A stretch of 64,000 nucleotides of DNA from Salinispira sp. (GTDB lineage: Bacteria > Spirochaetota > Spirochaetia > DSM-27196 > Salinispiraceae), in contig CBDDDG010000001.1 of assembly GCA_965226555.1 (NCBI GenBank), forward strand, positions 32,001 through 96,000, written 5' to 3'. Under the pieces are notes generated by a model. That model did no database searches. It was not told the origin of the DNA and saw only the letters and a program-made list of their open reading frames with translations. This document shows, piece after piece, positions 1 through 10,228 of the stretch. A program made the translations under genes and the position numbers. Position 1 is the first letter of the stretch. Each line of letters begins with the position of its first letter.

Positions 1-1554
1 GGTAAGCACCATAGACAGTACCGTTTTTCATATCAATAGGCGGGGAAGCGGGAGCGAGCAATATCATCCGAAAATGATGCTTGCCTTGCTGATATATAGC
101 TACACGGAAGGACGATTTAGCAGTCGCCGGATAGAACGGTCAACGTACGAGAATATCTGTGCGCTCTATCTGACCGGCAACACGCATCCCGATCACGATA
201 CTATTTGTCGCTTTCGCCGAAAAAATACAGAAGCGATACACAAAGCGTTTATCCGTATTCTGCTGCTTGCCAAAGAGATAGGCATTCTGAAGGTCGGGAC
301 GGTCAGTATAGATGGGACACACATTAAAGCCAATGCGAGTAAATTCGAAAATGTGAGCTATGATCGGGCTGAGGAGCTGGAGAAACGGCTTGATGAGGAC
401 ATTCAGAAATTGTTAGTGGAGGCAGAAGCGGCCGATACCGCAGACGATGAGGATGCGAACAGATTACCACAGGAGATTGCCCGAAGGCAGAAACTCCGCG
501 AAAAGATGATCCATGCGCGAGCTGAAGTGGAAAGACGCGCGCGTGTCCGCGAGGAAAGAGAACAGGAGAAAGCGGAGAAAAAAGATGGAGCAAATGATAC
601 GGAAGATGTTTCCCCGGCGGGGGAGCGAAGACAGACGCTCAGAGCGAAGGGCCTCCTGATCGGGCGATCCCGCCTGCGGACGGACAGAAAACACTTTTTG
701 CCGATGATGATCCTGAAGACATTTCAGCGAAGGCGCAGGAGATTCTGCCGAAGGGCGAGCAGGCATGCAACAACACTGATCCTGACAGCCGTATTATGAC
801 AAAGGGATCGGGAACACAGCAGGCCTATAATGCTCAGGCGGTAGTCGATGCCGATGGCACGCAATTAATTGTCGGGACGCGTGTTTCCCAGTGTTCATCT
901 GACCGGAATGAACTGGTAAACGATTGTCTCTCTGTTCCCCCAGATGTCGGGAAGCCCGAGCGAGCGCTTGCTGACGCGGGCTTTGTCAATGGCGATGAAG
1001 TGAAAACAGTAGAGGAAGAAATGGGGATAGATGTTCTGGTGTCTGTTCGGGCTGAAGAGACACATAATCCGCGAGAATACGACTATCGACCGGAAGAGAA
1101 GAAGGCCAACACCACGCCTCCAAAAGAATCCAAGCCATGGATAAAAGATATGAACGCCAAATTTCAGAAGTCCGAGAACCGAAAACTCTATGCCCGCAGG
1201 AAGCAGACGGTGGAACCGGTATTCGGGATTATTAAGCAGTGCATGGGATTTCGACAATTTCTCCACAGAGGCCTTGCACATGTTACGAGTGAATGGGAAC
1301 TTGTCGCGTTGGCTTATAATTGCAAGAGACTTCATCGACTGAAAATGACCTATGGATAATAGAAAAACTCCCCCCGTTGCGCCCGCGCATAGTTCCAACT
1401 GGCATCATCGAAGCGCGAATGGGTTCACGATGCCACCCCGCGCCTGAAGAAAACAACGCGATAACTGACGGCAATACTCATTCCCACCATCATTCCCACA
1501 TCCATCGACTCCACATCAAACAACATGAGGTATTTATGTACGACAGGCTCGTAG
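1..1554 (+). mobile_element. IS1182-family element, left part outside window; right end approximate
   Basis: Transposase ORFs below. CGACAGGCTCGTAG at 1541-1554 resembles IS1182-type ends (from recall), and Rpn-like coding sequence resumes right after it. Confidence 0.7.
2..1359 (+). pseudogene. IS1182 DDE transposase split by a 1-nt frameshift
   Basis: N-part has YHPKMMLALL..SSRRIE..PDHDTI..IDGTHIKANAS. C-part has NNTDPDSRIM..AYNAQ..ADAGF..RKQTVEPVFG and is open from 598 in the -1 frame. Likely shift at the G-run 619-623. Confidence 0.85.
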
Positions 1555-1619
1555 ACTTCGATACGCTAATGAACCAGTTAGAAAGAACAAAAGAACCGAG
1601 AGGTAAGGAGGTAGCAAAA

Positions 1620-2000
1620 ATGTTCAGAATGAATGCGGAAACATTCAGAGCGCGCATTGCGGAAATGGGTCGGCAGGAAGGACTGCAGAAGGGGCTACAG
1701 ACAGGTCGGCAGGAAGGACTTCAGACAGGTCGTGAAGAAGGACTTCAGAAGGGGCTACAGACAGGTCGGCAGGAAGGACTGCGAACAGGTCGTGAAGAAG
1801 GACTTCAAAAGGGGCTACAGGCAGGTCGGCAGGAAGGACTGCGAACAGGCCGTGAAGAAGGCATTCGAGAAACGGCCCGCAGTATGTTTTTGGAAGGGTT
1901 GTCGACCGAGGCTGTTCAGAGAATTACCGGGCTGAGCGATGAGGAAATGCGTGAGTTTCCAGAGTTTCCCAATACTGTGAATAAGACTTTACGGAGGTAA
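1620..2000 (+). CDS. C-terminal tail of an Rpn/YhgA-like protein with its own start (RpnS-like)
   Basis: AAGGAGG upstream of ATG 1620; GRQEG/GREEG repeats; ARSMFLEGLSTEAVQRITGLS helical tail. Confidence 0.65.
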   Translation: MFRMNAETFRARIAEMGRQEGLQKGLQTGRQEGLQTGREEGLQKGLQTGRQEGLRTGREEGLQKGLQAGRQEGLRTGREEGIRETARSMFLEGLSTEAVQRITGLSDEEMREFPEFPNTVNKTLRR

Positions 2001-2006
2001 TGTACG

Positions 2007-2582
2007 ATGCAAATAGATACGCCATACGCTCAAAGCTGGAAACAAGCTTTCGGGAATTCCAAGATATTCCGGGACTTCATACATTGGTACTTCAATAAGG
2101 AGCTCGCGCGGAGCATTGTTCCCGAGAGCATGGAGAGTATCAACACAGAACTTAGTCATACCGGTGACCCCACACATCCGGTCCCTGCTCTCATTTACAA
2201 AACACGCTGCAATTTCAAAGATAGCGCGCGGAAACCGTTCAATGTGTACTTCATCATTGAATTTCAGTCGGTAGATGATGACAACATGCCCGGGAAAATG
2301 TTGTCATATGCCAATCACTTATACGAACGCCTTCCCCGATTGAAGGATGATAAAAACGACTACCGAATAATCACGATTGTGATAAACGCCCAATCTGGCA
2401 TGCACATGATGGATCAGGACCCCCGCACAATAGATTTTCAATCATATTTTGACTCAGGTATTCCAATATCCCCCTATTATCAGGTCAACATTGAGAATTT
2501 CAGTGACGAGGAACTGATATCTGCCGGCGGGGTCATTTCGGCAATGATGTATATGGAGAGAATGTCGTGGCAGCCGAAATAG
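2007..2582 (+). pseudogene. Truncated Rpn-family PD-(D/E)XK nuclease domain
   Basis: YFIIEFQSVDDDNMPGKMLSY motif; GGAGG RBS. The usual Asp position reads PALIY and there is no C-terminal tail. Confidence 0.65.
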
Positions 2583-2757
2583 AAGAGTAACTGCGCAGCT
2601 TTCTGAATGATGGCTGCCCAATTGTGCCCGCGGTGCATAACTTCATAAGTGCTCACAGTCCATCAGTCCATGAACAGGTCTTGATAATCTTGCCGACTAT
2701 TAAGCGCTTTTCGTTTTTGCATGGGGAATGCGCGTGGCGCACAAAATGCAAAAATTT

Positions 2758-3642
2758 CTACGGCGCCTGTTTCTGATATGCCTGTTTCTGAATAAAGCGG
2801 TCAACCAGAAACCTTCCGACACTGAGCCGCGGCGGCATGGGGGGAATTTCATGGGCTTTAAACCATTGGGCATCAAGCAATTCTTCCTTTTGAATACATA
2901 CATTTCCCGCCACATAATCGGCAGTAAAGGCAAGCATCTGCGAGTTTGGAAAGGGCCAGGCCTGGCTTTTAATATATTGAACATTTGTAATTTTAACATT
3001 GGTTTCTTCCAGAACTTCCCGATGAACAGCATCTTCCACTGTTTCACCAGCCTCCACATAGCCTGCAACAAGTCCGTAAAATGAAGAAAGGCTGCGCGTG
3101 CTTTTTACCATGAGAAGTTCATCGTTTCGATGCACCGCAACAATAACAGCAGGGGATATCTGCGGATAATACAATTCAGTGCACGCAGGACACTGCATGG
3201 CAAGTTCTGTACCGAGAACCTGAAGTTCCATACCGCAGACGCCGCAAAACCGGGTTCTCCGTCTCCAATGGGCGATTATACGTGCCCGGCAGCAGGTTTC
3301 AAAATAGTCGGAATTGAGGAGCTGTAATCCATAACGCAGTTTTATGAAAAAATACTGTCCGGCAGGTAGGGAATTGAGCAGTGAGGAATCTTTCAGAAGC
3401 TCTATTCGGGAGGCAGAAACCTTCTGTTCCGATATGAACCCGCACCACACAGATCTGTTCTGAAACATCCCGATAAAACTCAATTCACGTGCTTCAAAAC
3501 CGCCGGCATGAGGAAAATGAGGAATGACAACCCGCTCACCCGTCCACTCAAGAAGAATAACATCACTGTGATCCGGGGCAAAAAGAATGAAAATATCATC
3601 ATCGCGCGGAACCGATTCTTTATTAAAGTTTATCGTCAGCAT
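2758..3642 (-). CDS. nudC: NAD(+)/NADH diphosphatase NudC
   Basis: FCGVCG..CPAC zinc ribbon, Nudix box GYVEAGETVEDAVHREVLEET, SQAWPFPNS. Confidence 0.93.
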   Translation of the reverse strand: MLTINFNKESVPRDDDIFILFAPDHSDVILLEWTGERVVIPHFPHAGGFEARELSFIGMFQNRSVWCGFISEQKVSASRIELLKDSSLLNSLPAGQYFFIKLRYGLQLLNSDYFETCCRARIIAHWRRRTRFCGVCGMELQVLGTELAMQCPACTELYYPQISPAVIVAVHRNDELLMVKSTRSLSSFYGLVAGYVEAGETVEDAVHREVLEETNVKITNVQYIKSQAWPFPNSQMLAFTADYVAGNVCIQKEELLDAQWFKAHEIPPMPPRLSVGRFLVDRFIQKQAYQKQAP

Positions 3643-3723
3643 AATACATTACTTCAGGTACTATCCGGCAACTCTGACCAGCGCGGCAACCCACTCCGGT
3701 AGCTCCGACCCGCGCGGCGGCAC

Positions 3724-4311
3724 CTACAGCTCAATACGACCCTTCAGACTTCGTGCCAGTGTGTAGCGGTCAGCATATTCAAGGTCGCCGCCCATTGGAA
3801 GGCCGAGGGCAGGGCGTGTTATCCGCAGCCCTGAATCCGCAAGCAGATTTTTCAGATAGAGGGCAGTCGCATCGCCTTCTACCGTTGGATTTGTCGCAAT
3901 AATAAGCTCTTCAAACGAAGCATTCTGAATGCGCGCGGCAAGATTTCCAAGGTTAAGATCGGCGGGTCCAATACCATCGAGCGGAGCAAGCGCGCCATGG
4001 AGAACATGATAATATCCGTAAAATTCATGGGCTGTTTCAAGAACAATAACATCCTGCGGCCGCTCAACAATACACAGTATGCGGGAGTCTCTTCGCGAAT
4101 CCCGACAAATTGCGCATTGTTCCTGCTCTGAGTAGTTACCGCAGACGGCGCAGCGGACAATTGAATGCGGGAGTGAGGTAATAAGCTCCCCCAATGTCCG
4201 CAAATAATCCCGATCGCATGTCAGCAGATAATACGTAAGGCGGCGCGCGCTTTTGCTTCCAATTCCCGGAAGACGAGAAAATGAATGTACAAGGCGTTCC
4301 AGATGATCCAT
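3724..4311 (-). CDS. recR: Recombination protein RecR
   Basis: LPGIGSKSARRL HhH, C4 zinc finger, ATNPTVEGDATA. Confidence 0.97.
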   Translation of the reverse strand: MDHLERLVHSFSRLPGIGSKSARRLTYYLLTCDRDYLRTLGELITSLPHSIVRCAVCGNYSEQEQCAICRDSRRDSRILCIVERPQDVIVLETAHEFYGYYHVLHGALAPLDGIGPADLNLGNLAARIQNASFEELIIATNPTVEGDATALYLKNLLADSGLRITRPALGLPMGGDLEYADRYTLARSLKGRIEL

Positions 4312-4318
4312 GCGGTAA

Positions 4319-4627
4319 TTAATTCATGAAACCGGGAGGAATGTTAAGCCCCATATTTCCAACCTGCGCAGATAGTTGTTCCTTAAGCAGCGCCATTGCG
4401 TTGGAATGAGCGGCCTTTACAAGATCCTGAAGTGTCTCAACATCATTAATGTCTATTGCGTCTTTGTTTATGTGAACATCAACAATTGACATATTGCCCG
4501 CAAGAACAATTTTCACCATGTCGCCTCCGGCCGAGCCGGTTACCTGTATGGAGGAAATTTGTTCCTGATAGTCTTTCAGTTTACCCTGAATGTTTTCAAA
4601 ATTTTTAAATAAATCCATTGGATTCAT
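4319..4627 (-). CDS. ybaB: YbaB/EbfC nucleoid-associated protein
   Basis: GSAGGDMVKI..LQDLVKAA; lies between dnaX and recR. Confidence 0.93.
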   Translation of the reverse strand: MNPMDLFKNFENIQGKLKDYQEQISSIQVTGSAGGDMVKIVLAGNMSIVDVHINKDAIDINDVETLQDLVKAAHSNAMALLKEQLSAQVGNMGLNIPPGFMN

Positions 4628-4660
4628 GCCGACACCTCTCTGTATCGCGGCTGTACGATG

Positions 4661-6304
4661 CTATTGTATTATCTCACCATTGAAAATTTCTTTGATCTTT
4701 TCAATGCGCGTATCTTCTGATACCTTCGTTTTCGGTATTTTTTGAATGGAAAGATCAATGCTGACAGTAATGTTATACAATTTTTTAATAGTTTTCGATA
4801 TGAGTTCCGTATTTTGGGTGAGTATTCCGAGCTGCATATCATTGTCGAGTTCTATTTTCAGCGATGTATCTTCATGCTTCCAGTGCCGGCAGCCTTTCAG
4901 AATGCTTGCCAGACTCGGACTCTCCGATTGAACTGTTTCAACCAACTGTTCCCACATATCTCGGGTTATGGTTGATCCGGTTGTGGGAGATGAGGGCGCT
5001 GGGGGGATCGCGGCGGCAGGCGCGGTGGGCGCGCGCGCGGCAGCGGCAGCAGACGGAGCGGGGCGCGCGGGCGCGGGGGGGGGCGCGGCGGATGCAGATG
5101 GGTCGGGATTGTTTGACGGGATTGCGCCGGTATGTTCGCTGCCGGATATTGATAGTATCGATTCCCGAAGATGTTTTATTTTGGTAATAATTTCTGCTGG
5201 TTCAAAATAGTGGCGGATTTTACCCAGACGGCTTATGAGAAGTTCAAGTTCTAGGCGGTCATTCAAGGTATAACGGATATCCCGGTATGCTTGGAGAAGG
5301 AGTTCGAGAATTTTTTCGAGCTGGGTTGTTGTGAAGGCCTGAATAACATTTTCAGGGAAGGTGCTGAGGGGGTGCCATAAAAGGCCTTCGCGCCGAATGC
5401 CCTGCTGTATGAATAAAATACTTCTGAAATAGTCGCTGAGATCAATTATCATCTGCTCCACTGTTGTGCCGCCGGCAAGAATGGAATCGAGATATTCCAT
5501 GCTTCCTGCCTGATCTTCATTGATTATGTATTCAGTAAGCGTGTTAATTTCATCAATTCCCGGCAGGTTTAGTTTATCTCTGATTTTTGCCAGCGTGATT
5601 TTGGTTTCCGAGAATGAACTTACCTGATCTAAGAGGGTATAGGCATCGCGCATTGAGCCGGCGGCCTCCCGGGCAATCCAGAAGAGGGCATCATCGTCGG
5701 CCTCTACGGGCGGTACCGCATCGGCGCAGGCTTCCTTGAGCAGGCTGATAATATCTTCCGGAGGAATGAGCCTGAAATTGAACTGCTGGCAGCGGGAACG
5801 GATGGTGGCAGGCACCTTATGTATCTCCGTAGTAGCAAATATGAAGATAATATACTGCGGCGGTTCTTCAATTGTTTTAAGCAGGGCATTAAATGCTGAG
5901 TTGGAAAGCATATGAACTTCATCAATTATGTAAATTTTATAGCGGCTATTCTGGGGCGGAAAGAGTATTTCATCCCGAATGGCGCGAATATCATTCACAG
6001 AAGTATTTGATGCTCCATCAATTTCAATGACATCGAGCGCAATGCCTCTGCTGATATCCTCCGCTCCCGAATAGTCAAAACAGGTATCGCTGCCCATGTT
6101 TTTTTCATCCGGACAGTTAAGCGCCCGAGCAAGAATGCGGGCGGTCGATGTTTTTCCAACGCCGCGCGCCCCCGAAAACAGATAGGCATGAGCAATTTGA
6201 CCGCTTTTGAGCGCATTCATGAGAGTAAGGGCAACAAAGTCCTGCCCAATGAGCCCCTTAAAGTTCCGGGGACGTTTTCGTATCGCGGTTACTTCATATT
6301 TCAT
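4661..6304 (-). CDS. dnaX: DNA polymerase III gamma/tau
   Basis: HAYLFSGARGVGKTS, EIDGASN, IIDEVHML, TIRSRC; Pro/Ala linker. Confidence 0.97.
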   Translation of the reverse strand: MKYEVTAIRKRPRNFKGLIGQDFVALTLMNALKSGQIAHAYLFSGARGVGKTSTARILARALNCPDEKNMGSDTCFDYSGAEDISRGIALDVIEIDGASNTSVNDIRAIRDEILFPPQNSRYKIYIIDEVHMLSNSAFNALLKTIEEPPQYIIFIFATTEIHKVPATIRSRCQQFNFRLIPPEDIISLLKEACADAVPPVEADDDALFWIAREAAGSMRDAYTLLDQVSSFSETKITLAKIRDKLNLPGIDEINTLTEYIINEDQAGSMEYLDSILAGGTTVEQMIIDLSDYFRSILFIQQGIRREGLLWHPLSTFPENVIQAFTTTQLEKILELLLQAYRDIRYTLNDRLELELLISRLGKIRHYFEPAEIITKIKHLRESILSISGSEHTGAIPSNNPDPSASAAPPPAPARPAPSAAAAARAPTAPAAAIPPAPSSPTTGSTITRDMWEQLVETVQSESPSLASILKGCRHWKHEDTSLKIELDNDMQLGILTQNTELISKTIKKLYNITVSIDLSIQKIPKTKVSEDTRIEKIKEIFNGEIIQ

Positions 6305-6374
6305 ACATCATCCACTGTCATTATCGTATGCCATTACTATCATAACAGACATATAAATAAACATACCAGAAAAA

Positions 6375-6502
6375 ACCCCTTCGGCTCCAATCAACCATAA
6401 CTGCAGCACATGCACCGATTACTTACCGCTGCTCCCTTCCAGGCCTGACGGGGTTAGGTAACGGTACATTGCGCAGCGCCTGATCTTCAACGCCGAAGGG
6501 GT
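6375..6502 (-). ncRNA. ffs: Signal recognition particle RNA
   Basis: Minus strand contains GTCAGGCCTGGAAGGGAGCAGC (domain IV-like); termini ACCCCTTCGGC/GCCGAAGGGGT pair; located upstream of dnaX. Confidence 0.88.
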
Positions 6503-6504
6503 AA

Positions 6505-6591
6505 CGGAGAGAGAGGGATTCGAACCCTCGGTACCCGTTAGAGCACACACGCGTTCCAGGCGTGCACCTTCAACCACTCGGTCACCTCTCC
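6505..6591 (-). tRNA. tRNA-Ser(GGA)
   Basis: Cloverleaf with long variable arm; anticodon arm CACGC-CTGGAAC-GCGTG. Confidence 0.95.
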
Positions 6592-6612
6592 AAAAAAATA
6601 TTTGGAGCCTGC

Positions 6613-6686
6613 CGATTCCGAGTGGATTCGAACCACCGACCTTCAGATCCGCAATCTGATGCTCTATCCAGCTGAGCTACGGAATC
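6613..6686 (-). tRNA. tRNA-Arg(GCG)
   Basis: Anticodon arm TCAGA-TTGCGGA-TCTGA; GGTTCGAATCC T-arm. Confidence 0.95.
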
Positions 6687-6691
6687 GTTAT

Positions 6692-6779
6692 CGGAGAGGG
6701 TGGGATTTGAACCCACGGTACCCGGTTAAGGCACAACTCCTTAGCAGGGAGCCCGATTCAACCGCTCTCGCACCTCTCC
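6692..6779 (-). tRNA. tRNA-Ser(GCT)
   Basis: Anticodon arm CTCC-CTGCTAA-GGAG; long variable arm. Confidence 0.95.
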
Positions 6780-6842
6780 AAACAACCGATAGTTATTCTA
6801 CATGACTTTAATAGTTTTTGCAATGAATGATTTTTTGATTTT

Positions 6843-8094
6843 TGGGATATTAAGGTTTGAACAGACCCCACTTTGACCTATTATGCGATCATTTCTTCCG
6901 AGTGCCAAGCCCTCCATCGCTCAAGCGTCGGCCGTGTGAGCCGTTGCTCCATTATGATCGGCTTGAGCCGGAGAATATCACTATCCACATTGGTATTCCG
7001 TTGCCTCAAAAGATCCAGCGGAGTCCCTTTTCGGTAGGTGTTGAACCGCCGGTAATTGAAATCTATCTGATACTCCTCGGCTTCCTTAAGAAACTCATTG
7101 AGCTTTGGATTCATCACCTGACTGTAGAACTCATCCTCAATGAGCCGGTGCGAGGACTCGACAGAACTGTTCCATGTGCAATGCCCGGGCGGAATACGCC
7201 GATACTCGACACCCGCCTGTATGAGCGCCTGCTCAAACCCCGATGTTCGGGTTTTGCTCAGATGTCGAACGGTGAACTCTGCCCCGTTATCGGTCTGAAC
7301 CGTTATGTCCTTGGCAAGGTCTCCGTCATGATTCCGCAGGTGCTCCAGCAGGTACTCGGCGAACAAGGTTGTTACCATACTGCTCTTCTCATTGGCAAAG
7401 GCGTACCACAGAGCCCCTGTCGCCCGATCCCGGGCAGTTATCTGGTACTTCGGAACGTCTAAACACTTCTGAGAAAACCGCATAGCGGGAATGTCCGTCA
7501 GATACTTGATATCAATCTGAATGCACTCGCCGAACTTCATCCTGTCGGTTACCTCCCGCAAATCTCTCTTGGGCCGCGCCTTCGGCTTCTTTGTTTTCTG
7601 CGCCCCTATCTGCTTTAGCGTCTTGATAATCGTCGGCAGGCTGTACTTCCCGCCAACTTCCGCCTTCAACTGCTTTTGCACCTGCGTTCCAATGATTTTG
7701 TTGTGATTCCGATTCTTGGTCTGGACAAGACTCTCGAGATGACACCGGTGCCCGAATTTCATCTTCATCGGATGATTGGTCGTGCCCCGCTTTTTGTCTT
7801 CAAGCCCCTCGCCGGATTCAAAGCGCCGAACCCACCGCCGCACCGTGTTGCGCGACACCTCGAACTCCCGAGCAGCCGCCTTGATCGAATGCTCCTGGGC
7901 ATACCGAACCATCCGCAACCGCCAATCATACATCGAAGCCGCCTGATACTTCCGAGACTTGAGATGATACTGAGAATATGTGATACTACTGTTCACTGTT
8001 TCCCTCCTTTTATGTTTTATACAACCCCCAGTGTATACGAATAACCTTCGTTTTACACTGGGGAGGAGGGGTCTGTCCAAAGGTTTATATCCCA
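6843..8094 (-). mobile_element. IS481-family element, copy 1
   Basis: Imperfect 27-bp IRs TGGGATATTAAGGTTTGAACAGACCCC / TGGGATATAAACCTTTGGACAGACCCC; flanked by TGATTTT on both sides. Confidence 0.9.
6881..7996 (-). CDS. IS481-family transposase (HTH + rve DDE)
   Basis: AAREFEVSRNTVRRW HTH; QIDIKY, QTDNGAEF, VESSHR; GTG start after AGGAGGG. Confidence 0.9.
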   Translation of the reverse strand: MNSSITYSQYHLKSRKYQAASMYDWRLRMVRYAQEHSIKAAAREFEVSRNTVRRWVRRFESGEGLEDKKRGTTNHPMKMKFGHRCHLESLVQTKNRNHNKIIGTQVQKQLKAEVGGKYSLPTIIKTLKQIGAQKTKKPKARPKRDLREVTDRMKFGECIQIDIKYLTDIPAMRFSQKCLDVPKYQITARDRATGALWYAFANEKSSMVTTLFAEYLLEHLRNHDGDLAKDITVQTDNGAEFTVRHLSKTRTSGFEQALIQAGVEYRRIPPGHCTWNSSVESSHRLIEDEFYSQVMNPKLNEFLKEAEEYQIDFNYRRFNTYRKGTPLDLLRQRNTNVDSDILRLKPIIMEQRLTRPTLERWRAWHSEEMIA

Positions 8095-8161
8095 TGATTT
8101 TTTGATTTTTTCCGAAATTTCTGGCGTAATGTGATAATGTGATGTACGAGCGAGGCGATGG

Positions 8162-8767
8162 TTGATATTAGAAAACAAATTACATATTAGCGATCAAATT
8201 GATCTGGCAAAAGCCGAAGAAAAAATAAGTAAACAAAAGGCCATGCAGCTTTTCGACTCTGGCGATATTCACCACATAGAAGTTGGCACCTTCTCCGGGC
8301 TTGCGGCGATTCACCGCCATCTTTTTGCCGATATTTACGATTTTGCTGGTAACATTCGCAATGTCAACATTGCCAAAGGCAGTTTCCGCTTTGCGCCGGT
8401 AATGTATTTGAAACAATCGCTGAAACACATCGACAGCATGCCGCAAAATACCTTCGACCGCATTATTGAAAAATACGTTGAAATGAACATTGCCCACCCC
8501 TTTCGGGAAGGGAACGGACGCGCCACTCGTATATGGTTAGATTTAATGCTGAAAAAAGGAATTACACAGGTAATTAATTGGAATTTGGTAGATAAGAAGG
8601 AGTATATCTCCGCTATGGAGCGCAGCGTTGTGAAAGACATTGAGATTAAAGCTGTGCTGAAAGAAGCTTTGACCGATCGAATTCATGACCGAGCGCTCTT
8701 CATGAAGGGCATTGACATCAGCTATTACTATGAGGGCTACAGCGAATTCAAAACAAAGGATTTGTAA
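8162..8767 (+). CDS. fic: Fic AMP-transferase, class III (NmFic-like)
   Basis: HPFREGNGRATR; C-terminal inhibitory SYYYEG. Confidence 0.92.
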   Translation: MILENKLHISDQIDLAKAEEKISKQKAMQLFDSGDIHHIEVGTFSGLAAIHRHLFADIYDFAGNIRNVNIAKGSFRFAPVMYLKQSLKHIDSMPQNTFDRIIEKYVEMNIAHPFREGNGRATRIWLDLMLKKGITQVINWNLVDKKEYISAMERSVVKDIEIKAVLKEALTDRIHDRALFMKGIDISYYYEGYSEFKTKDL

Positions 8768-8833
8768 TGAGCACAATTGATACATTGACCAATAAATGGA
8801 AACGGCCGTAGTGCCCGATTACTCATGAATATA
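8767..8833 (+). pseudogene. Collapsed Fic gene remnant
   Basis: Coupled ATG (TAATG), then INGNGRSARLLMNI at 8792-8833. Confidence 0.55.
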
Positions 8834-8960
8834 AATTTCTATAATATGATTTTTCCCTTAAAATGGAATTATAAATTTTTATAATATGATTTTACCCCCT
8901 GAAATGGAATTATAAGTTTTTATAATATGATTTTTCCCTTGAAATGGAATTATAAGTTTT
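8831..8960. repeat. About three tandem copies of a 40-41 bp AT-rich repeat
   Basis: TATAATATGATTTTTCCCTT(A/G)AAATGGAATTATAA(A/G)TTTT repeated with no spacers. Confidence 0.85.
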
Positions 8961-8980
8961 GTAATCTATTTCGGGGGTAC

Positions 8981-10141
8981 ATGAGAATGATCGCAAAGCA
9001 TTTTCCAGGAGAATGGAAAAAATCTTTTAATGATTATACCTATTTCCTGCCTGCGAGCTTAAAGCAGAGTCAGGAGATTCAGCTTTCTCCTCATATTTTC
9101 AGGCACATGCAGAATGCGGCTTTTGCTCTGGGTAAGTTTTCCTCATTGATAGAACGCATTCCTAATCCACATCAGTTTATTCATGCGTATGCCGTAAAAG
9201 AGGCTCAGCTTTCCAGCCGCATTGAGGGAACGCAAACAAATATAGAAGATGCCTTAAAGACCGAGACCGAAATAGAACCGGAAAAGCATGACGATTGGGC
9301 CGAGGTGCAGGCCTACATAAAAGCAATGAATGAGGCGCTTGATCAACGTAATGAATTACCTCTGTGCAATCGGTTGATAAAAAATGCCCACAAAACGCTC
9401 CTTTCTCAAGTGAGGGGGCAACACAAGTTCCCTGGAGAGTTTCGGACAAGCCAAAATTGGATTGGCGGGAGCCGTCCCGATAATGCCCATTATGTTCCGC
9501 CTGCCCATGAACACATTGGCGAGCTTATGAGTGATCTGGAAAAATTTATACAAGATAATACGCTTGTTATGCCGGAGCTTATTAATGCCGCATTTCTGCA
9601 TTATCAATTTGAAACCATTCATCCTTTTCTCGATGGTAACGGACGTATGGGCAGAATGCTTATTTCCCTGTATTTTCTGGAAAAAAAATTACTCAAACAC
9701 CCCATTCTCTATATTTCCACATTTTTTGAAGAACACAGAACAAATTATTATGCGGCGCTGGATAAGGCGCTGGAAGGTTCGGAAGGTGTCTCCAAGTGGG
9801 TTTCTTTCTTTCTGGATGCTGTAGAGCAAACTGCTCAAGACGGAATTGAGGTAACGCAGAAACTTTTAGATTACGATTTGAAGCTGAGGACTGAAATACT
9901 GCCCCAATTTGGCAGAAAAACGAAAGATACTTTACGAGTACTGGAATTTCTGTATCGGCGTCCTATACTGACGTCCAAGCAGTTACAGGAACAGTTGGAA
10001 TTTAGTCCGCAAGTCAGTCAAAATATGCTTAAACTATTGGCAGAACATAATATATTACAGGAGATAACAGGAAATAAGCGCAACCGTGTTTTTATGTTTC
10101 ATCAATATATCACCCTGCTGGAAGGAAAAAAAGAAACATGA
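8981..10141 (+). CDS. Fic family protein, class II, with C-terminal HTH
   Basis: SSRIEG inhibitory motif; HPFLDGNGRMGR; EITGNKRNRVF tail. Confidence 0.92.
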   Translation: MRMIAKHFPGEWKKSFNDYTYFLPASLKQSQEIQLSPHIFRHMQNAAFALGKFSSLIERIPNPHQFIHAYAVKEAQLSSRIEGTQTNIEDALKTETEIEPEKHDDWAEVQAYIKAMNEALDQRNELPLCNRLIKNAHKTLLSQVRGQHKFPGEFRTSQNWIGGSRPDNAHYVPPAHEHIGELMSDLEKFIQDNTLVMPELINAAFLHYQFETIHPFLDGNGRMGRMLISLYFLEKKLLKHPILYISTFFEEHRTNYYAALDKALEGSEGVSKWVSFFLDAVEQTAQDGIEVTQKLLDYDLKLRTEILPQFGRKTKDTLRVLEFLYRRPILTSKQLQEQLEFSPQVSQNMLKLLAEHNILQEITGNKRNRVFMFHQYITLLEGKKET

Positions 10142-10228
10142 GCACAAAGCCGAAGGTATCTGTGTTTTGAGTTTCGGGTCAATTTTCAGTTCCGGCGGGA
10201 ATTTGCCGTAGTGATATGTGATTCCCAT
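10140..10228 (-). pseudogene. N-terminal remnant of another Fic-type gene
   Basis: MGITYHYGKFPPELKID resembles the start of Fic/DOC N-terminal domain proteins; it collides with the 3' end of the convergent gene. Confidence 0.4.

Noticed and set aside
577..623. Programmed -1 frameshift at AAAAAAG in the IS1182 gene
   Set aside because: The motif is not in the A-AAA-AAG phase and the -1 frame has TGA at 595-597. A G-run indel at 619-623 (mutation or sequencing error) fits better.
1320..1619. N-terminal part of the 226-aa ORF 1320-2000
   Set aside because: Chance read-through across the IS end into the Rpn tail.
6857..7462. 201-aa + strand ORF (also 33349-33954)
   Set aside because: Antisense to the IS481 transposase; conserved only because the IS is duplicated.
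8831..8960. Possible CRISPR array
   Set aside because: Contiguous tandem repeats with no unique spacers; no cas genes in the window.
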